Shown here: positions 34,087 to 47,236 of the stretch, piece after piece
Position numbering within the stretch: the first letter of the stretch is position 1
How the letters are laid out: each line of letters starts with the position of its first letter
Assembly: GCA_003971905.1 (NCBI GenBank)
Contig: RSEE01000024.1
Coordinates: 62,001-126,000 of the forward strand
Length of the DNA: 64,000 nt
Direction: 5' to 3'
DNA from: Moniliella sp. 'wahieum'
Taxonomy: Eukaryota
Position numbers and translations under genes: made by a program
The notes under the pieces: model-generated
Seen by the model: the letters and a program-made list of their open reading frames with translations, nothing else
Database searches by the model: none
What the model was told of the DNA's origin: nothing

Positions 34087-35964
34087 TCAGGCCGCCTGGA
34101 AGAGGCTGAGCAGGCCACCAAAGTTGGGCACGCCGAGGCCTGTGGGCGGGTCAAACCCACGGTCGGCCGGCAAGCAGAGTTGGGACACGGGTGGGGGCAT
34201 CCATGCTTTGCCCTTGGTCACGTCGCGCAGCGCGCGGACGAGTAGGCAGACTGGTACATGGTAGGGTGGATGTACCCGACGGTAGGCAGCCCTTGTTGCG
34301 CGCGCGCTGCATTCACCAATGGCCATGTGGCTGGTAAAGATGGGCGAGCTACCGCTGGTACCGCCCGAGGTGTACAGCTGACCTTCAATGTAAATCGGCA
34401 GGCCTTCACCCACCGCAGCACCGTCCGAGATGATGCGGCCGGTCAGGTTGAAAAACTTGTGTTCCCACTCGGGCAAGGTGGCCGTGTACGCCTTGTGCGC
34501 CGCAGCTTGGTACTGCGGCATCTTGTACAGCCCCGAGTAGCCTGCGCCGCTCCTGGTGATTCATGGGAAGTATGAATGGTGGTGGGTTAGCACTTAGAGT
34601 AAGAGAGTACAAGCGGGAGGGGGGGTGGGAGCGAGGAGGTACGTACCAGAATCCACCGGCCGGGTCCGAAGGGTTGACCGCGTGCTCTTGTGAGCCAAAG
34701 CCTGCTGTGGCACCGATCAGGAAGATGGCCGGGGTGGTAGGGAAGGGCGGGTTGGAGTGGTCTGGGTTGGTGCACTTGAGATCTTCCGACGATTGCACGC
34801 CATTGAGACCCCAATCGCCACTAGCAAAGATGGTGGTGGTACCGACGGAAGCGAGTTTGAGAGCGGCTTTTTGGTACTGCTCCGCCTCGGCCGGCGTCAC
34901 GTCGGCCTCATCGGGGCCGTACGAGACACTGATCACACCGGGACGGTCTTCGGGTTTGCGCTCATAGACCATCTGCAGCGACTCGAGAATCTCATCGCCG
35001 TCGAGGCCAGCAACGAAAAAGAATTCACTGTTCAGCGGCGGGACGACCGAGGCGACCATGCTCAAGTCCAGCGCCGTCTCGGTACCGGGAGGCCGGAGCG
35101 AGTTGGTGGCATTGCCCGCGTAGGTGAGCTTGGGCTTGTAGCCCTTGAACTTGGGGTTGAACTTGTCGATAAAGAGGGACAGGTCGTGCAAGTCGAGCGA
35201 CTGGTCGTCGTACCCAATAATCATAATGTCCGAAAAGCCTTCTTTGGGCTGGTAGTACGTGTCGCCCAGGCCGTACAGCTGGCGCAAACATTTGGGCGTG
35301 ATGAGCGTCTGGTTGCACGTCGCCGATGCGTCGGCAAGGATCGTGTCGGCGACCTTGAGGTCAACGGGCTTGCGCGGGTGCGCACGGCTCTTGGGGTGAA
35401 TGAAGCTCGTCATAGGGCTCACGTGCTCGACCAGCCCCGAGATCTCAGCCGGGATGGTGTACGACTCGGCACGGAGCACTTGGCGCTGGCCCGCCACGTC
35501 GTACAGCGACAACGGGGACTGGAACAGCTCCTCCACCTCGCTCTGCGCCGTAGTCACCGTCACATAGTCGCCCAGCTTGGAGAAGGCATAGTCGGTGAAG
35601 CCCTTTCCCTCGAGCCACTGCTCCAACTCAGCACGCGCATCGGGCGCCGGGGCAACGTAGGACGCCGTCTCGTCGTCCGACACAGCCACGGCATCTGGCC
35701 GTTGGAGAGAGAGATCTGGGTGAGACGTTCCTCGAGCGCATCGAGCTTGGGCGACTTGAGGTGGAGGGTGAACTGGTAGGGGGCGGCGAAGGAGCGGCGC
35801 TGGGCCTGGATGTGGGGCGGAAGGAGGGTGAAGTGGCCGCTGCCGCGCGAGGCTGGCGCAGAGCGGGTGAGGGCGCTGCTGCCGGCGATGAGAGAGGCGG
35901 CGTCGGCAGAGGCCAGCAGGGCCGGGGCCAGGAGGAGCGCCGCACGCAGGCCAGAGAAGAGCAT
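34087..35964 (-). CDS. Secreted sedolisin (S53) tripeptidyl-peptidase-like protease with pro-domain
   Basis: Signal peptide MLFSGLRAALLLAPALLASADA, ITPKCLRQLY, catalytic ETALD, ISVSYG, ASGDWG, SGGTSGSSP and GFDPPTGLGVPNF. Intron at 34553-34646. Confidence 0.95.
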
Positions 35965-36766
35965 TTGGGGGGGCGGAAGGGGGGGAGGGAGGGCGGGGCA
36001 AGCGGAGGGCGGGAGGGTGGGCGGAGGCGCGCGCTTTATACGGTCCACGACGGGCAGGCGAATGGATCAGGTGGGGGATGCCGACAGGCACGTGGACGGC
36101 CATCCAATTATCCAAGCGGCAGATGCTGCTCCGGGCCCTCTCAGACACCTGCCGCTGAGCTGTGCCCTGCCGTGCTGGTCGGATGCCATCCCGCCTGTCT
36201 GGGCAGCGTCATCGGCGCTGTGCGTGATGCAAGGGGATACTGGCCCTTGCATGATCGGACGCATGCATGATGCCTGATACATACCCATATTGCATGCTCT
36301 AGCACGACGAGCGCTTAGCGCTTACCACTTGCTGCTAGACACTCTAGCCACTCTACGTTGATCGATTGTCATTCACTAGTCACTCCATATTCAGCCCAGC
36401 CTAGGAGACTGGCGGTGGGCTAGGTAGGCCTTATCGATGGGGTAGCACTTTGGGGCTGCTCAACCGGACAGGCAGCAGCAGCTGACACTGGCGCCCTGCT
36501 GGAGGCCAACCACGCGGACAGAGCTTGTTATGAGTCGGATGGCCTTCTGGGCTTCCACATGCTCGTATGTATCAGGCGTAGGTAGGTAGTATGCCGGTGT
36601 ATGACGTATCCCTTGTACATTGGACGCACACGCTTCCTGCTTCACCTCACCCGCTCACCATCCAATATCCATCCGGCTTTCTGACGCCGAGCATGTGGAT
36701 GCCCAGCGCACGGTGCAATCAATATTCAATCCGCTCCAACGCCCCATCCACGGGCCAGACCAATCC

Positions 36767-36818
36767 AGGCGACGAGTGTAGGCGACCAGTGTAGGCGACC
36801 AGGGCAGGCGACCAGTTC
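36767..36818. repeat. 13-bp minisatellite (AGGCGACCAGTGT) x4 with a degenerate extension
   Basis: aggcgacgagtgt aggcgaccagtgt aggcgaccagggc aggcgaccagttc read directly. Confidence 0.8.
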
Positions 36819-39645
36819 CACCGACCAGCCACCGACCCCCTCTACCCTCTTCTAGCCAGCCGGCTGCTAGCCACATGCAACAACATGTGCCGCATGGCTG
36901 CCTCTTGCCTCTGAGATCTGATTGTCCGGCGCCAGCGCCCAACGCTCAGCGCTCAGAAGGTCAGAGCCTGACGGGCCAAGCGAATCAGCTGGCCAAGCCC
37001 CAGGACCCAGTCAGTACTATGCAACAAGCGAATCGAATCCGGTGCGACGCGCGGTTCGACCGTAGCGGTAAGATACAGTGCAAACGATGATGTCGATGAT
37101 CGGTGATCGGTGATGATCGCCAGCAAGGTGCTCGCGCCCCATAGGGTCAGTGTCTTTCCGCTGGCACTGGCCACTTGCCAGCTGCCCCTCCCCCCGACCC
37201 GAAAGAGAACGTTCGGTGACGATCCTTGGGCGTTTAGCGCTTAGCCGCTTAGCTGCTGAGTCTTAGCTCAGCGCTCGGCTCAGCCTGAGCGCTGAGGCTT
37301 GGTACGTAGGCCTTCTTTAAGCTTTCCACACCAAGGCACATCCGCCCCGCTAGTCGGTTTCCAATGCGGATTCCACTTCCCACTCCCTCTGGGCTAGAAC
37401 TGGTAACCGGTAACCGGTCAACGCATCCATGTGGGCGTCTGCGCCCAACAGTCACACCAGCTTGGCTGGTCTTGGCATGCCTTACCTACTCCACTCCTAT
37501 CTGTTGCAGCAGGCGGATGACTCTATATCTAACCCACGCCTTCATCATATGCGGCCGCTTTCAATTCATGAAGAGAGAGCTTATTCTTCTGAAGCTGATA
37601 AAATTCTCACGTGGCCGGTTCACTTGTCCCAGTACTCACAATTACCCTCAGCTTACATGTCCCAGATGGTTGATTCGTATCACCACATCACTGGCAGAGC
37701 ACCACCAAAGCTCTCTTCCCCATGGCCAGACGTCGAAAACGGCGTCACTCGCACGGCTTGCATCACTCGCACTAGCGCTTCGTAGTATACAAGTCACTAG
37801 TAGTCTCGTCTGTCACACGCATCACATGTCACTTCGCCATTTCCTCATGCGGCTAGCCAACTATCAATCGGCAACGCGTCAACCACAACCGTCGCATTAT
37901 CTCAAGAAAGCGCATCCGGTTTTCACGCTTTCTCTTCTCTCCTTGTCTTTACCGGGAGCTGTCGAGCCTTTCAACCGTCACCGCGTCACACCTGTTGTTC
38001 TCAGCGCTTTGTTCATCGATAATTCGCATCATTGCTCCCGGCTGGCCCACTTGTTGGTGCCAGACCCACATGATGAGGCACCCACACCCCAACTCAATTC
38101 CACTCCTTCGGTCACATGTCACATCGAAATATGACGACCTCTGACACGTGTTCATATATCCCTAGCATTATACTGTTATCTCCCCGATTTCTCCATTGTC
38201 CGCACTGCCAGCACACCGAGCGATTTAACTGAGCGGTTTGCATTTATACCTCTTGTCACTCTTCCAGCTATTAGTACGTCAGTACTGTCATAGTAGAGTT
38301 GGCTGATCTCGCTCCCATTTCCAATTTCTTCGTCTCGAGCGTTTCGCTCTTTCCCTGTTTCTCCCACTTCGCACCATGTCCTCTCTGCTCTTGCTTCTTC
38401 CCCACGAACGATTGCTACACCCCTTGACCTAGTCTCAATTCTGGTCTCCCTCGCCTTAGCCCCGACTGTGACTCTACCCGCAATACTCCAGAAGGGACTA
38501 GGGAGGCGCATTGGGACTTGCAAGTTGTGAGCCCTTGTGACATGTGAGCCAGCTACAGGAGTGACATGTGACAGCTCTCTAACTCACGGGATGAAATGCT
38601 GTGGTGAGATCTATATAGCCCATCTGTTGTGGGTAAAAACTGTGTTATGAGAGCACATGTCAACAGGTCCCCATCCCTACTGCCAGGATTTTTTTGTTAA
38701 ACCCTCTTCTCTCTCTCTTTTTCTTCTCTTTCATTCGTCAGGACTGATTGTACTGAAAGTCTTTCTTCAATATATCGCTACGTTTAGTTTTCAACCTCTC
38801 ATCAATCAGTACCCACAACGGTCAAACCTTTCACCGTTGTTTTTTCCTGTCAACATACGTATAATGTTAGTAACTAGTACAGGTGCCCTACTTGAAACAC
38901 CCGCCGTGGATGGTCCACAGTTTGGGTTCTTAAGTGAGAACTGTTGGCAGAGGGTTTTTTATGAAATGCTTTTGTCCATGCAGTTGAACTGTAAGCATCG
39001 GGACGATCCCATGTTTCATACGTGTTGCTTGCTCTCAGACCATCAGCAGGACGGGCATATTACCATCATCATACCTTCTTCTCCGTCTATTGTTGTATTA
39101 AACCATTATGGACGGTGGTTAGAATCAACCTAACCCTATTAAGAAAGGTCGGATCGAACCCGCCGAGGCGCGTAACCGATCAGCCCCCCCCTCTCAAAGG
39201 CCAGTCTTCACGCATAAAAGACGAACGTTTGCACTCACTGCTGCGCTGGTCTGAGATGTGAAAGGAGTCGGGGAGACCGCCGTTGGCTCGCCAGCCATAG
39301 TAGCGTATAACACCAGCATTTAATTTGAGATTCATCAACAACATCAGGATGTGGGTGTGCAAAAGAGAGACAGTACTAATCTGGGACATATGAACTTGCG
39401 TCTGCTGATGAGCATGACGGTAGGTGTTGGTGTTGGGCGTGTTCACGTTATTCACTCTCTGGCCGTGCTCGGGTCCGCGCGGTCAGCAAATGGGACCAAC
39501 CACGACATGTGGGGTAAACACATTGTTCCGCCCTTCCAAATTCCAGCCTGGCTGCGATTCCGCCCGCGACCTGCCGGCTGGTTCTGTTTTCTTCCAAGCC
39601 CAGCGCAACCGACGCATCAGCCGCCGGCTGCTACTCCATCCACCA

Positions 39646-41072
39646 ATGCTGCTGCTGCTGGCGCTCTGCGCGCATGCGCATGCGCCCTCGGTCGCCGCGC
39701 CGCTGCCTGTTGCACGTGCCACGCTTGCCTCGGCCGCCTCGGCCACCTCGGCCCCTCGAAGCCATCCAAGTTTCCTCAGCCCCGCACGTGGGAGGAGATC
39801 GCGGTCAGCGCCAGCAAGCCAGCCATCAACCCCCCCACGCCTGCCGACTGGAAGCGGCCCATCCCACCGGGCGTGGAGCCTGCATACGATGCCGCGCTGA
39901 AATTCATCGCCGAGCGGAAGAAGGTCGCTTTGGCCGAGCAGGCCAAGGCGGAGCAGGCTGCCGTTGTGGCTGCGACGACGGGCAACCTGAAAGATGTCCC
40001 GAAGCTTGTTGCGGAGGCCGAAACGCTTGCGACGCTGTCCGAGTTAAATGACCCGGCTATCCGCTGGGCGTAAGCCAGGTTGGTGCGACATGTCGCGTCC
40101 GGCTGTGCGTTACATGCGGGAGCAGTCCTGGCGTCGCCAGACTTACCTCTCTACGGGCGACCGGAAACCCGTCAAGCGCTCCCACCAGGAACTTGGCCCG
40201 CTCTTGACGCTCCAATTCCGCGCCCAGGTCATGAAGATCATCCCTGACCTAATCCCCTTTGCTGTTCCGACGGCCGACCTTCAGCTCTTCTATGGTGGGC
40301 CATGGCTTTGGCGACCATGGTGGCGTGGCGGGCGATGTCCACCCAGGTGTGCTGGTGCCTGCGCACAAGGTACGTTTGCCCCCCTTTCCTTATGATCGGA
40401 ACTCGACGACTAACTTGCGCGTGCTTTGACTTCCGCCCCATCGCTCCAGACGCTCGACGTGCCGCGTGTCGAGGCCACCGTCTTCCATCCCGACGAACGG
40501 ACCTACTCGCTGGCCATGGTGGACCTTGATGCGCCCGATGAGGAGCACGTAACCTACCAGCAGTGGCTTCACTGGCTCATTGAGGACATCCCACTCAGTG
40601 CAACCAACACGGTGATTGACCAGGCCCGATTCTGGCTGGCGAGAGTCCGGGCAAGGTGGTGCACCCCTATGTCCCGCCTCACCCGGCCCAAGGCAGTGGC
40701 AAGCACCGGTACGCTACGGTGCTCATGACCAAGCACAACGCCGCCGATGACGGATTGGGGCTCAAAAAGTCGAGCGATAACGAGTACAAAACGCCGGTCA
40801 CCTCGAGCGCCTACCCATGCCCCCGCTGCCGCCTCAAGTAGCCAAGGCCAAGGCCGGCCAGCTGTCCATTCGCGGGAACGGTTCAGTATGCGTGAGTACC
40901 TAAGTGTCCGCGGCTTGGACGTCGCTGGTCTCCACTTTTCCGCGAACAGTGGGACGAAGGCCAGCCGGCCAAGGCGGTGACCAAAGTGCATCAGGACCTG
41001 GGCATCCCGGAGATCATCTACGAGTCGGTCGTTCACTACGCTCCCAAGAACTATGTTCCGCCCAAGGCATAA
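39646..41072 (+). CDS. MRPL35: Mitochondrial ribosomal protein mL38 (PEBP domain)
   Basis: GVEPAYDAALKFI, ELNDPAIRW, DMSRPAVRYMREQSWR, YSLAMVDLDAPD, WLHWLIEDIPL and YVPPHPAQGSGKHRY. An intron starts at GTACGT near 40370; ends approximate. Confidence 0.88.
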
Positions 41073-41409
41073 GGAGGCCCCAGATGCATTGCATGTCTCT
41101 CTACCCATCGTCTCTGCTGGTATACCATAGGCTTGCCCTCGTCCCCACTTGCACAGGGGGACTCCTTCCCCCACTCCTTTCCCACGCGATCGCGGGCGCG
41201 GCGGTGAAGGGATTTTCAGGGCAGGAACCAATCGTAGGGTTGCTGCAACCGGGCGTGGCGGGTCACGTGACGGGTAAGAATGCAATGTTCAATCGTCCCA
41301 TACCCCCTCGGTGCGAGGGCGAGAGTGGAGCTTCTCGTTTCGCTCGCTTTTTCGACGTGGAGCAGAGAGCAGCTGCCGTGCGCAGGCACCTCCACCACTG
41401 CGCCCCGCC

Positions 41410-42446
41410 ATGCCCGTCCCGTCCTGCGTGCGCGGCAAGTACTGGCTGCTTCCCGTCGCCGCCGCGCTCGCCTGGCTCATCGACCTGCTGGGCCTGCTGG
41501 CGCTGTGGGCACACGAGGGCTATCCGCGCTACCGGCCCTGGCTCGGCCAGCTCGTCTACATCTCCAACATTGCCGCCGCCACCCCGACCCAGCACGGGTT
41601 CTTTATGGTGTTCTCCATCGCCACCGCCGCCTGTATGCCGCCACTATCCTCACTGTCCACCGCCTCCGCCGTGCCCACCACATCCCCCACCCTCTCCACA
41701 CCATCTCTTGGCTGTGCGGCTGGGCCTCGTTGGGGTGCACCATGGCTGGGTGTGCGGTGCTGGTCACGCTGTCCATCATGGATGCAACCAACTACCCTAG
41801 CTTTCACTGGTCCTGCACCATCAGCTTTATTGTCTTTATCTGTGTCGCTGTCTTTTTCCAATGCTGTGAGCTTTTTATACTCGCCTACTCCCATCGCCAC
41901 CGCTCGCGCCGCCTCTTCCATATCCTCGTGTGGAACGGCGTGTTCAAGTTCTTGTCCTGCTCGGATCCATCGTGCTTGCCCTGGTCTTTGCTGTCATGTA
42001 CCTCCGATGCGACGGGGATGCGCGCAAGGACTGGCATCCCGACTGTGAACGCTCCCTTACCCTTTCGGCCGCGGCAGAATGGGCGATCGCACTGGGCTTT
42101 GTCCTACTGATACTGTCCTACATTGTAGACATGTGGGACGCACACCACGAGCTCGATCCTACTGAGGCCTATCGCCAGCGTCTTCTCCCTCTCGACTCGC
42201 TCGACACGGATGACGAGAGATGAGGAGGAAGACCTGGGCTTGGACTTGGGCCTGGAAGGCACGCCGTTGCAGGACAGATTAGCTTGGTCCACCAAACCTT
42301 CTTCCTACCTCCCCCTCTCACTCGGGTCGGACGAGTCGCTGGACCGTCCTGCCCACCGCCTCGACTCACCCCCTCTGCCTGAACCTGATCACCCAACGTC
42401 GCCGCTCCCATTAACAAGGACACCCTCACCACCTGCCCTCGCTTGA
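41410..42446 (+). CDS. Frag1/DRAM/Sfk1 family membrane protein
   Basis: YWLLPVAAALAWLIDLLGLLALW...YISNIAA, LSIMDATNYPSFHW and SAAAEWAIALGF; about 6 TM helices. Confidence 0.85.
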
Positions 42447-43216
42447 TTCCTTCCTTCTTCCCCCCCCCCCCCCCCCCTTCCCTTCCCCCATCCCCTTCCC
42501 GCCACGATGCCCGCTCTGACCCGCAGGCGCGAGTCTTCCATGCCAGCCACTCGGTTGTGCCTTCCTCCCTAGCTTGCTGGACATTCCATTGTCACGCATT
42601 GTTACTCATTGCCACCCCAGATGCCCATCATTCTGCATTCGAGTCGCCGTGTGCCTTTCGCCCTTGTGGCCTTGACCCCCTCACACTCTTGTAATCTAGC
42701 ATTCTCCTTTGCTCTTGTCTGCTCACGCATCACGGGGCACGCGATGTGCGTCTGTGTACCTGTCACGGTGGTAGGGCCGACGCGGTCCAGAAAGTGGGAG
42801 AAGTACAGAGCTCGGAACATTGGTAGGGACGTCCTTCCCTCGATGCCTCCCTAACTAGAGACGAAGAGACGGGGCAGTAGGGCGCGTAGTATGGCAAGCC
42901 AAAGAGTCTGGCCGGGCAAGAAAAGGCGAGCGAGTGGACAGGTAGACCGCTGTATGGTCTTATCATCAGCTGACAGTCCCCTTGCGCCCCCCCAAGGGAT
43001 ACTGACGACTAGCTTATTGCCGGTAGACCACAGACGGCACATGAGGTTCAAGCAGTTTCCTGGGGTACCCACAAGTCTCTGGGCTATGTTACAAATCCGC
43101 CACAACACTAGCGAAGCGAGCCCGGTTGGCATCCTCCTGCAGGCTAGAAACTGTAGCATTCGGAAATGCGATGAATGCACGATGAATGCATTTGTGTATC
43201 CACGTTCAACCCACCT

Positions 43217-46200
43217 TCAATCTCCACTACTTCTCGGTGCCGGGAACGGCGATGGTGCGTCCAGGATGGTAGCCAGACTGGGCACGGCGGCGCCCGGGGT
43301 GGATAACGGATCTTGCCTGGGAGGATGGCTGCGCAGCCTGCGCACCAGGTCCAGCGTTTGTTCTCGCACCCCGTGCGCCACCACGCTCCCGGGCCGAGAG
43401 GACAAAGGCGGGGTGTGATCCGTCACTGGGGCCGCCACGCCCGCCGCGCCGACCAGGCCGGGTGGTCCAAGGCGGCGCGGGCCGGCCTCCGCCACGGCTG
43501 GCGTACCGAGTGCAGCTGTCATCCGCATCCCGTTCACGTCCAGTCGCACATGGCCCCGCGCATCATGCGTCCGCACCATGTGACGCACCGTCTTGGTATC
43601 CCAGACGATCCGGTAGCCTGTTGCCTCGACGCCTTCCACGTCGGTCATGCTGCACAGCGGCATGCGCTTTGGAGGCACGTCGCGATGTCTCCGCCCCCGG
43701 CTCCGATTTTGACTTGCCACCGTCTCGCCCCGTACATCCGACTCGTCAACGTACGCCTCATCCGTGCTGCCCGTCCGGGCCAGGGACTCGTCCCTGCCAT
43801 GCTCGTCACCTGACAGCGAGGCGTCTGCTCTCCGTGCGGATGGTTGGGTCTCAACGATCCAGTTGTTGTGACGCAGCGTAGCCAGCACGTCCGGCAACAC
43901 CATCCCCGTCGCATGGGCCAACGAAGAAATCGTAGGCGCTTCGGCTGGCTCGCGGTGGGCGGGAGGACAAACGGTCCAGGATGCGAGCGAGGGCCAAGGT
44001 CCAGTAACGTTCATAGGTTAACGCACCCAAGTCCGACAATGGCTTTTCCGGCGATCCGAGCAGACATGCCACACGAGAGAGGTAGTAGGACACGTCAATC
44101 AGAAAGTTGCCCCAACCCATGCGCTGGCGGATGGGAGGGTCATGATGCAGGATAAGTTGTATGCTTCCAAGGGTTCTTTCTCCTTGCTAAAGTATCCGAC
44201 AAAATGCGCGCCTCCACCATCGTTCGCACCCTGCTCCGCGTCCCCTTCAGCCCCGTCCATCTCGACGCAGATGTAAAACAGGAAGGTGTTGACCTCATAA
44301 AAGACTGTCTTGTGGTCGAGAAACATCTTGGCCAGCAAGCACAAGTTTTGACAGTACATCTGGTTCACACGACACATGTTAGGGACCACCGCACTGGTCG
44401 ACAGACAGAGAGACGGGGGGGGGGGGGGGGGGTAAGAAGAAACGCCACGCACCTTATTTTGGGCCCCATCCACCTCGTAGATGCGCACGTTGTTATGCGT
44501 ATAGATCAACGTCCCGGGCGGACGAAAGTATTTGCATTTGATCCGGTGCCGACAGGCCATCATACTCGACGTCATGAACTTGAAGCACTGTCCACACATG
44601 TGCATTCGCCCGCCCGGCACCAACGAGTACTCATCCGGCAACGGCGCCCCATACCACGTATCAATCTCAATTCCCTCAAACCGGATGCGGTTGATGGGCT
44701 TCAACTGCGACGGGTCCACCCCGTTGCCGCAGCGGCAGCAAGCACATGAGGCGTGGCTACCACCGTCGATACTCCGGAGCTCACTCTGCCTTTCCGCGAT
44801 GAAGGCAGGGCACTGCGGGCAAACATTTGGCGGTCTTCCGGCCCAGGCCGGCCCAGATCCATGTTGGCCTGGGCCAGTGACAGCAACCCGTGAAATGGGT
44901 TCAGGTCTTCAGCCGTCGGATCGGCCCCAGCATCGTCCTCGCCCCACGCAACGGGGACCAAATGGGTCCCGTCCGTGGGCTCATACGTGCCTGCTGAATG
45001 CCGTGAGATGGAAGACCGGTCCGAGTCCGACAAAGAGACATCCTGTTCCGGGCTGGCATCGCTTTCGTTCTCGGAATCATCCGAAGACAAGGGTGTGTCG
45101 TCGGCTCGGACCCGTGGGTGAAGTTGGAGGCGAATTCGGTTAGGACCGGAGCGCGTGGGGTTCTGGATTGATCCTCCCTTTGGGGGTTGGCGCGCGGACA
45201 GGTCGGATCGGGAGGGATGGGAATGGTTCGCGTTGGAAGGATTTTGACGCATGGAAGCAGGGTTAGCGAAATCAGGTGAAGATGAATGCGGAAGTGGAGG
45301 TGATGATAACGGCGGCCCTGATGGGTGCGGCAGGGTGCATCGGCGGTACTGTAGTAGGTTCTTGTGCGGGATCTTGAGCGGTTGATGGAGTCGGATCGGA
45401 AGAAGGTACAGGGAACTGGGGATCATTACGGTTTCTGGCCGAGAAAGATGGCAGAGGAGGAACGGAAGAAGTGGTGCGTGCTAGTGAAGAATGGGGGGCT
45501 GAGGGCATAGGCGCACAAGAGGTGCGCGAAACGTGTGATTGAGCTGGGCGGGTGCGGGGTGCGTGCGAGGGGGGACGGCCTACCCTCCGGACCATAGGCG
45601 CGCCTAGGGAAAACTCCTCTTCTGACGTAACCTCGTCCATGGACCGCATCAGAAATCCGTCGGTCTGAACCGTTGAAGTTCGCGGCGTTCGGCGGGGTTG
45701 TGGTGGGGAGGGAGGCGGGGATACAGGAGCCAGCGAAGGATCTCTCAGCGTCCCAGACGCGGCGGAGGTGCTGGCACGTGGTTGTGACGCACGATGAGTG
45801 GTGGACCGAGAAGAGGAGTCCACGGAAGTGCGGGAGACCTTTCGCCGACGCTTGGATGGGGGAGGCGGCTCATCGTTGCTAGACCCGTCGGCCATTGAGG
45901 TAGAGCTCTTTCCCCGAGACGTTGGCCGTGGGGTTGAGCGGGGGCGCTTGAGCACTTCCGACGAGCTTCGTCGTACATTGTTGCGCGGGGTGCGTGTTGG
46001 GGCAGGTGGGACAAAGTCCGGTGGTTAAATCAGGATGGGTCGGAAAGTTTTCGGCAACACAGACAGGACAACTCCACCATCCGGGAGGCACGACGGCGAG
46101 GCCAACACAATGGGTATGCCATGCGCGATCGCAACACGAGCAAAACAAAAATGTGGCTTCCTCCTCGTCCGACTCGGGCTTTTTGGCGCACACTTCGCAT

Positions 46201-47236
46201 CGTTTGCACTCGGAGCAAGTCCATGGGTACGCCCGCACCACATCCAGCTTCCACACCGCTTGCTCTTTCCAACTCAAGCAGGATGCATGTCCCGCCGAGC
46301 CACATAGATGGCATGCTTCCAGCGCTTCGGGAACCTCCATCACCTCCATCCGTTCTGCCCCAGGCAGGAGAGGGATCGGACCTGTACCATCCTCTCCACG
46401 CTCTGATCCCTCCCCTGGCCCCTTGCGACTGTCATAGTTAGTGCTAGTAGTTTCATCCTCGTCTTGGTCCTCGTCCTCGTCGTGGGTGTGCATAGAGAAG
46501 GGAACCAATCTCCCGTCAGGCATGACAGCCACAATTTGACGGCGGGTGACGGCATTGGCACGCTTTCGACACTCGGTAAAGGCGCATTTGGGGTCAGGCC
46601 GATGGGGAGGCACGGTAGCGTTCCGCTGGGACCAGGTTTGGCCAGACAGCAGGGGGGCAGAGGGATCGAATTTCTTCTTCTTGGGGCGACCAATGCGTGG
46701 GCGGGGCAGCGGATGCGACGTGTTGGAGGCAGAGGAGGGAGGGGGAGGCGGGGCTGCTGGGGCGTGTTTTCTGGTAGCAGTCTGGGGGCCGCGCACGGCA
46801 GAGGTGGCCGATGACGAGGAAGGCATCGAGGGGGAGCGGGAGGGGGAGGGGACTGTTTTGCTCTGGTTTGTGGCATACGACCCACTGGGACTGCGGGAGG
46901 CGCGTTGGGGGCCGAGGGTGAGGATGGCGGGCGCGTAATCCGAGTCGGGCTCGCCATCTGCATCGGCATCTGCGTCGGCAACTGCAGCGGCATCTGCGTC
47001 GGCATGTGCAGCGGCGTCTGCAGCGGCATCTGCAGCGGCATCTGCCTCGGCGCCGTCCTGGAGCGGATCGGCATCTGGCTCGAGACTGGGTGGGGCGGCG
47101 GGGGTGAGGACGAGGCGGGTGGCCGGCGGCGCAGGGCGCGGGAGGAGGGCGGCAGGGGCGGCAGGGAGGAGCGGGGGATGGGCATGGGCGACATGGGCAT
47201 GGGCAGCGTGACGGACATGGGCGCGGGCCCCGACAT
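43217..47236 (-). CDS. MYST-family histone acetyltransferase with double PHD finger (MOZ/Sas3/Mst2-like)
   Basis: PHD region CHLCGSAGHASC...WTCSECKRCEVC...CSCCDRAWHTHC...WSCPVC. MYST motifs IDTWY, PPGTLIY, EVDG, YCQNLCLLAKMFLDHKT, VGYFSKEK, YNLSCIMTLP and GSPEKPLSDLG. Ends approximate. Confidence 0.93.

Noticed and set aside
36767..36830. Short direct repeats as a CRISPR-like array
   Set aside because: The units are contiguous with no unique spacers, the context is eukaryotic and there are no cas genes; it is a minisatellite.
38736..38812. Minus-strand TGATGA...CTGA as a C/D box snoRNA
   Set aside because: I could not recognise an rRNA-complementary guide, and the boxes alone are too common to call.
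39129..39138. CCTAACCCTA as a telomerase RNA template
   Set aside because: A 10-nt match to some permutation of the repeat is roughly expected by chance in a window this size. I saw no convincing pseudoknot downstream, and the promoter telobox-like motif explains it more simply.
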